Assembly (NCBI GenBank): GCA_029261035.1
Contig: JAJDCD010000012.1
Span: forward strand, 158,776-222,775
Direction: 5' to 3'
DNA from: Candidatus Omnitrophota bacterium
GTDB taxonomy: Bacteria > Omnitrophota > Omnitrophia > Omnitrophales > JACROU01
Length of the DNA stretch: 64,000 nucleotides
The translations under genes were made by a program, and so were the position numbers. Below are positions 30,001 to 36,000 of this stretch, piece by piece (position 1 is the stretch's first letter; every line of letters begins with the position of its first letter). The notes beneath the pieces are model-generated. The model had not been told where the DNA came from. It made no database searches and saw only the letters and a program-made list of their open reading frames with translations.

Positions 30001-33000
30001 GTGTATTCTTGACGACTACCATCCGGATTGACTACTTTGCTAATATTTCCATCCGTATTAAAATGCTGTTCTGTTCCATCTGGAAGTTCCACTAAAGAAA
30101 CATTTCCATTTTCATCAAATACTTGTATCGTTCCATCCGGCAACTCTATAATTTGAACCTGCCCTGTTCCTGACATACTTTGAACCGTCTCATTCCCATC
30201 CGCATCCACTGTCGTTATCTCTGTTAAAACACCTTGATCACTATAGGCATAACTTTGCGTTGCACCATCCGCTGCTACTACTTGAGATAAAGTGCCGTCC
30301 TTATTCATATATTGCGAGCTTCCATCAGGCAATTCTATATGGGTAAGATCACCATCACTATCAAGGTGCTGAGTGGTAACTAAACCATCCACATCGGTAA
30401 TAGCAACCGAACTCAATGATCCCCCCGGAGCATATTGAAAACTCTGTTCACTTCCATCCGCATTCACAACTCGACTCACATCCCCAAGCGCATTAAAAAA
30501 TTGTTGAGTTCCATCCGGCAAAGCAACAGAAGTTACCCCACCTGTCACATTTAAGTTCTGAGTTGTTACAGCATTATTCGGATCTGTAATTTTAATTTGA
30601 GTTAAGTTCTTGGCGTTATCATAAAAGTATTCTTGCTCACTTCCATCTGGAAGCTCTACTCGAGTAACATCCCCATCCGCATTAAAAAATTGTTGGGTTC
30701 CATCAGAAGTGACAACAGAGGTCACATTACCATCCACATCCAAATTCTGTTCTGTTATATCCCCATTGGCATCTGTGATTCTTATTTGAGCTAGATTTGA
30801 ATTAGAATCATACAAATAGGCTTGATCTGTTCCATCCGGAAGCTCCACTAAAGTTACATTTCCAGATCCATCAAAGGTCTGTCTCGTTCCATCCGGCAAT
30901 GTAATTGTCTGAACCTCTCCTGTCGCAGATACATTCTGTATCGTTTCATTGCCATCCACATCAACAATTGAGATAGAAGAAAGAACCCCATTGTCATCAT
31001 AACTATACCGTTGTTCACCACCATCAGCTCCCACCACCCGAGATATATTTCCATCTTTATTAAAATGCTGCGTGCTTCCATCACCCAACTCTATCCGAGT
31101 TACATCTCCATCTATATCTAAATACTGTGTAACCACACCTCCATCCACATCCGTTATAGCAACAGAATTAAGAATCCCATCAGAAGAATATTGATAATTC
31201 TGCTCACTTCCATCTGAGTTTAAAACACGCTTCACATTCCCATTCACATCAAAAAACTGCCCACTCCCATCAGGAAGAATGACAGATGTCACATCTCCCG
31301 ATAAGTTTAAATTTTGAAGTGTTATATCATTGTTAGCAGCAGTGATTTTGATTTGACTTAGGTTTCCTGAAGCATCATATAAATACTCTTGCTTACTTCC
31401 ATCTAGAAGCTCAACACGACTCACATCTCCATTGTCATTAAAAAATTGTTGGGTACCCTCTGGCGTTTTAACAGATGTGACATTGCCATCTAAGTCTAAG
31501 TTTTGTTCTGTAACCCCTCCATCAACATCTGTAATTTTAATCTGAGTTAAATTGGAGTTCGCATCATAAAGATAAGCTTGACTACTTCCATCTAGAAGCT
31601 CAACCAAGGAAACATTTCCGTTAGCATCAAATGTTTGTTTTGTACCATCAGGCAGTTCAATTGTTTGAACTTCTCCGCTTGCAGATATGTTCTGAATTGT
31701 TTCACTTCCATCTATATCAATGATTGTGATAGAGGTAAGAACTCCACTATCATCATAATTGTATCTTTGTTCACTTCCATCACTAGCAGTAACCTTTGTT
31801 ACATTTCCTTCTAAATCAAAAAACTGAGCTCCTCCATCTGGAAGCTCAACACGAGATATATCTCCAAGTGCATTAAAATTTTGTGTCGTTACGTCTCCAT
31901 CAATATCTGTAATTGAGATAGAAGAAACATTTCCGCCAGCACCATAAACATAGTTTTGCTCACTTCCATCAGCGGCAATAACGCGACTTACATTTCCGAG
32001 AGCATTAAAAAATTGAGAACTTCCGTCTGGAAGAACAACTGAAGAGACATTACCTGCTGCATCTAAGTTTTGAACTGTCGATTGATTGTAAATATCGGTA
32101 ATTGTAATACGAGTTAAAGCTCCTCCTACGTCATAAGTGAATTCCTGAACACTCCCATCAGGCTGCTCAACTCTAGAAACATCTCCATTTTCATTTAAAA
32201 ATTGTTTTGTTCCATCAGGAGTCATAATTGAAAGAACATCTCCCTCTGGACTCAAATTCTGAATTGTTACTCCACCCTCTAACCCAGTAAGCAAAATTTG
32301 CTTTAATTGAGAATTATCATCATATATATATTGTTGACGAGTTCCGTCGGGTAATTCGACCAGAAGAACATTTCCCTGTTCATCAAATGTCTGACGAGTT
32401 CCATCCGCGAGTGTAATTGCTTGAACATCCCCGGTAGCCGATACGTTTTGAACTGTCTCATTCCCATCAACATCTATTGATGTAATGGAGCTCAAAACAC
32501 CCTGTTCGTCATAGCTATATCTCTGCTCTGTATTATCTGCTCCAAAAACCGTATCAACAGATCCGTCTTTATTAAAAAATTGAGTACTTCCATCAGGAAG
32601 AAAAATCTGACTTAAATCCCCATCTCCATCAAAAAGCTGAGTTGTTGTCGATCCATCCGAATCCGTAATTGCCAGGGTTCGCAAACTACCATCAGCAAGA
32701 TACGAATAGCTTTGAACGCTTCCGTCAGGACTAACAACTCGGCTAACGCTCCCATCAAAATTAAAAAACTGTTCTATACCATCCGACAATACAATCGAGG
32801 TCACATTGCCATCTGCATCTAAATTTTGGGTAGTCACAGAATCAAAAGAATCTGTTATTTTAATTTGATTTAAGTTACTATCCGCATCATAGAAATACTC
32901 TTGCTTACTCCCGTCTACAGACTCAACACGAGTAATATTTCCATCTTCGTCAAAAATTTGTTGAGTTCCATCAGGTGTCGTTATTGAAACAACATTTCCA

Positions 33001-36000
33001 GCACTATTCAAATTTTGCTGAGTAACATCTCCACTTTCATCTGTAATATTAATTTGAGTTAAATTAGAAGTATTATCATAGATATAAGATTGACTCGATC
33101 CATCTGGAAGCTCTACCAAAGTCACGTTACCAGCAGCATCAAATGTCTGTTTGGTTCCATCAGGCAATTCTATGTTTTGAACATCTCCAGTAGCAGATAC
33201 GTTTTGTATCGTCTCATTCCCATCGACATCGACAGATGTAATAGAGAGCAGACCCCCATTCCCATCATAGCTGTATCTTTGCTCCGTCCCGTCTACATTA
33301 ACAACTCTTGAAACATCTCCACTTTCATTAAAATGTTGCTCAGAACCATCAGGCAGTTCAACGCGCTTTATACTCCCATTAACATTTAAAAATTGTTTGG
33401 TTATCTCTTGATTCACGTCTCTAATTTCTACTTGATTTAAAGTTCCTGTAATAGCGTCATAAGAATAAATAGATTCACTTCCGTCTGGGTTTACAATGCG
33501 ACTCAGATTTCCATCCCCATTAAAAAACTGCTCTGTTCCATCAAAGGAAACCATTGAACCAATACTTCCGTCTGAATTTAAATTTTGTATCGTTACATCA
33601 TTATTTATATCCGTTATTGTGATTGAGCTTAAATCGCCATTAGCATCATAAGTGTAATCTTGGGAACTCCCATCTACAGATTCAACCCTAGAAACATTAC
33701 CTTCTGAATTTAAAAATTGTTTGGTTCCATCAGAAAGAAATATAGATGTAATATTTCCAGCAGCATCCAAATTTTGGATTGTTATTTGATTAAAGATATC
33801 GGTGTTTCTAATTTGACTCACATTATTATTCGTATCATAAAAATACTCTTGTTTCGTCCCATCTACATTTTCAATGAGGGCGATATTTCCTGAAGCGTCA
33901 AAGGTTTGTTTAGTTCCATCCCCAAGAACAATACTCTGAACTTGGCCTGTTGAAGAAATATTTTGAACTGTTTCACTTCCAGCCACATCCACAGAAGTAA
34001 TAGAAGTTAAAACACCTGTATCATTGTAATCATATCTTTGCTCGGAACCATCCTCATTAACTACCTTTGTAACATCCCCTTCTTTATTGAAGTGTTGGAC
34101 AACCCCATCTGGAAGATCTATATGTGTAAGATCACCATCCGTATCAAAATGTTGAGTTGTCTTCAGCCCTACAGCATCCGTAAACTCAACAGAGGTTAAT
34201 TCGCCTGAAACATCATAATTATTGACCTGAACACTAAAATCTGGGTTAACCTGATTTAATAAATATCCATCAGGATGAAATTGCTGAGTCGTTCCATCGG
34301 GTAACTCCAAAGCAGATAGAACCCCGTTATCATCAAAATTCTGCACCGTAACCAAACCATCTATATCTGTGACAGTAATATCTGTCAACAAACCTGTAGC
34401 GTTATAGCTATAATCTTGAACTGTTCCATCAACCAAAGTTCTCTTCTCAATTAAATTAGTAATAGAGTCCACTATATCCACTTGTCCATCAGGGTATGTG
34501 GTCGTTATAAGACCTGTATTTTCATCCAACACAGAAACCGGGGCTGGAAAATAGGTATCTCTTAATAAAGTGATACTACCCGTCAACTGATCAAATTCCG
34601 TTTGAGTTAGCGTTTGATTCGTAAGAGCATCGTTGACTGAAACTTCAAGAGCATCAATCAGATCTTCATTTTCCAAAGCATCCGCAACAGCTAATTGAGT
34701 CAAATTTTGTAATGTTTGATCATGGGTAACAAATGCTGGGCTTGCTTGTCCAGCATAAATCTGCTCTCTTTTTCTTTCTAACTCATTTTCCAGATCAACT
34801 TCTTTTAAAAAGTTAGACAAAGCTCGTCTTGAATTAATAGGATTGTAATCCTCAGAACCTCTTTCTAGCTTTACCGCTGCTTGTAGTCCTTGAATAAAAG
34901 CCCTTAAATCATCTGTCTCAGAAATAATTCCATCCTGATTAAATTCAAAAAGCTTAGGTCCTTCATTTGTATAAGCAATTACAAATTGACTCTCTTCACC
35001 TGCTACCTCAAAATCTCGAAGACTGGGTTCAACACTAGAAACACCACTAGGATGCGTGTGTGATTTAAAAGATGACTTTTGAATAAGTGAAGCTACGGAT
35101 TGAGAAGCGGTAATTTCATCATCTTGCCCACTAGAAAATAATACTATTTCTCCCTCAACAACAGTAATAGCAACTTCCATAGGCCAGTCAAGTAGACTTT
35201 GAAGACTATCAGCAGTAATTGCTCCAGGATCCAAAATAACAGCAGCGGCTACATCTTTATCAAAACCACCCATTTCCAAAGCGTCTTCAATACTGTAACG
35301 TTCTATTTCTCGAACATCTGCCCATAAATCTCGTTCAATACGATCTCTTTTTAGAAGCTCAGCTTCTCTTTCATATTCTTCAATAGTAACAACGTCCCCT
35401 TCGGGTTTTTCGATTAATAAATTCCCATCTTTGTCTTGAACCAACTTTGGAAGCGCTTGATCAGGATAACGGTAAGAATTCCTAAAATGCTGACGATAGA
35501 TATTCCAAACTTGAGCATGAGCTTCTGCTTTAATAGGATCGATTTTAGAACTTGGATTAACAGACCTGTCTTTGATTGATTTTAAATCCCCCAACAAATC
35601 CATCATTGAAATGGAAATACCAGCCTTCCCCTCTTCCCTCTGAACCTGAACCGTTCTACGTGCATTAGATTCAAGAAATTCCATATAGTAATTAAATTCC
35701 AAAGGCTTTTCTTCGCTAAAATTTTCCAAAGATTGATTAGAAACATCTTCACTTTTAACAGCTTCTTTTTCAATGAAATCTACAGCAGCTTTTGGAGCTT
35801 CTTTCTTTTCAACTTTGACGTAAGAAAAATAATCCTCTTCCACTTCTTTTCCTGTAAATGATTTTAGGGTTTCTTCTTTTGTTAAGAACTCCCCTAATTC
35901 TTTTTCTTTATCCTCTTCTTCTTTTGCAATTCTTGTTTCTTCATAAGCTTTTTCATCTTCAGCTTTTTTAGCAGCATCTTCGGCTGCAATTGTTTGAATT

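Noticed and set aside
636-33311. Dozens of 60-120-aa ORFs in the ORF track on both strands inside 1-36230 (for example 4768..5130 +, 8545..8805 +, 23570..23785 -, 27635..27970 -).
   Set aside because: They are low-complexity, out-of-frame or antisense readings of the giant minus-strand gene. Their translations look random (Ser/Leu/Ile/Phe-rich), and the true frame translates into coherent repeat protein throughout.
22400-34500. Regularly spaced short repeats, which could be a CRISPR array.
   Set aside because: The periodicity is a multiple of three, the units are divergent, and they translate in frame into YD / 56-aa protein repeats. There are no spacer-like unique inserts and no cas genes.
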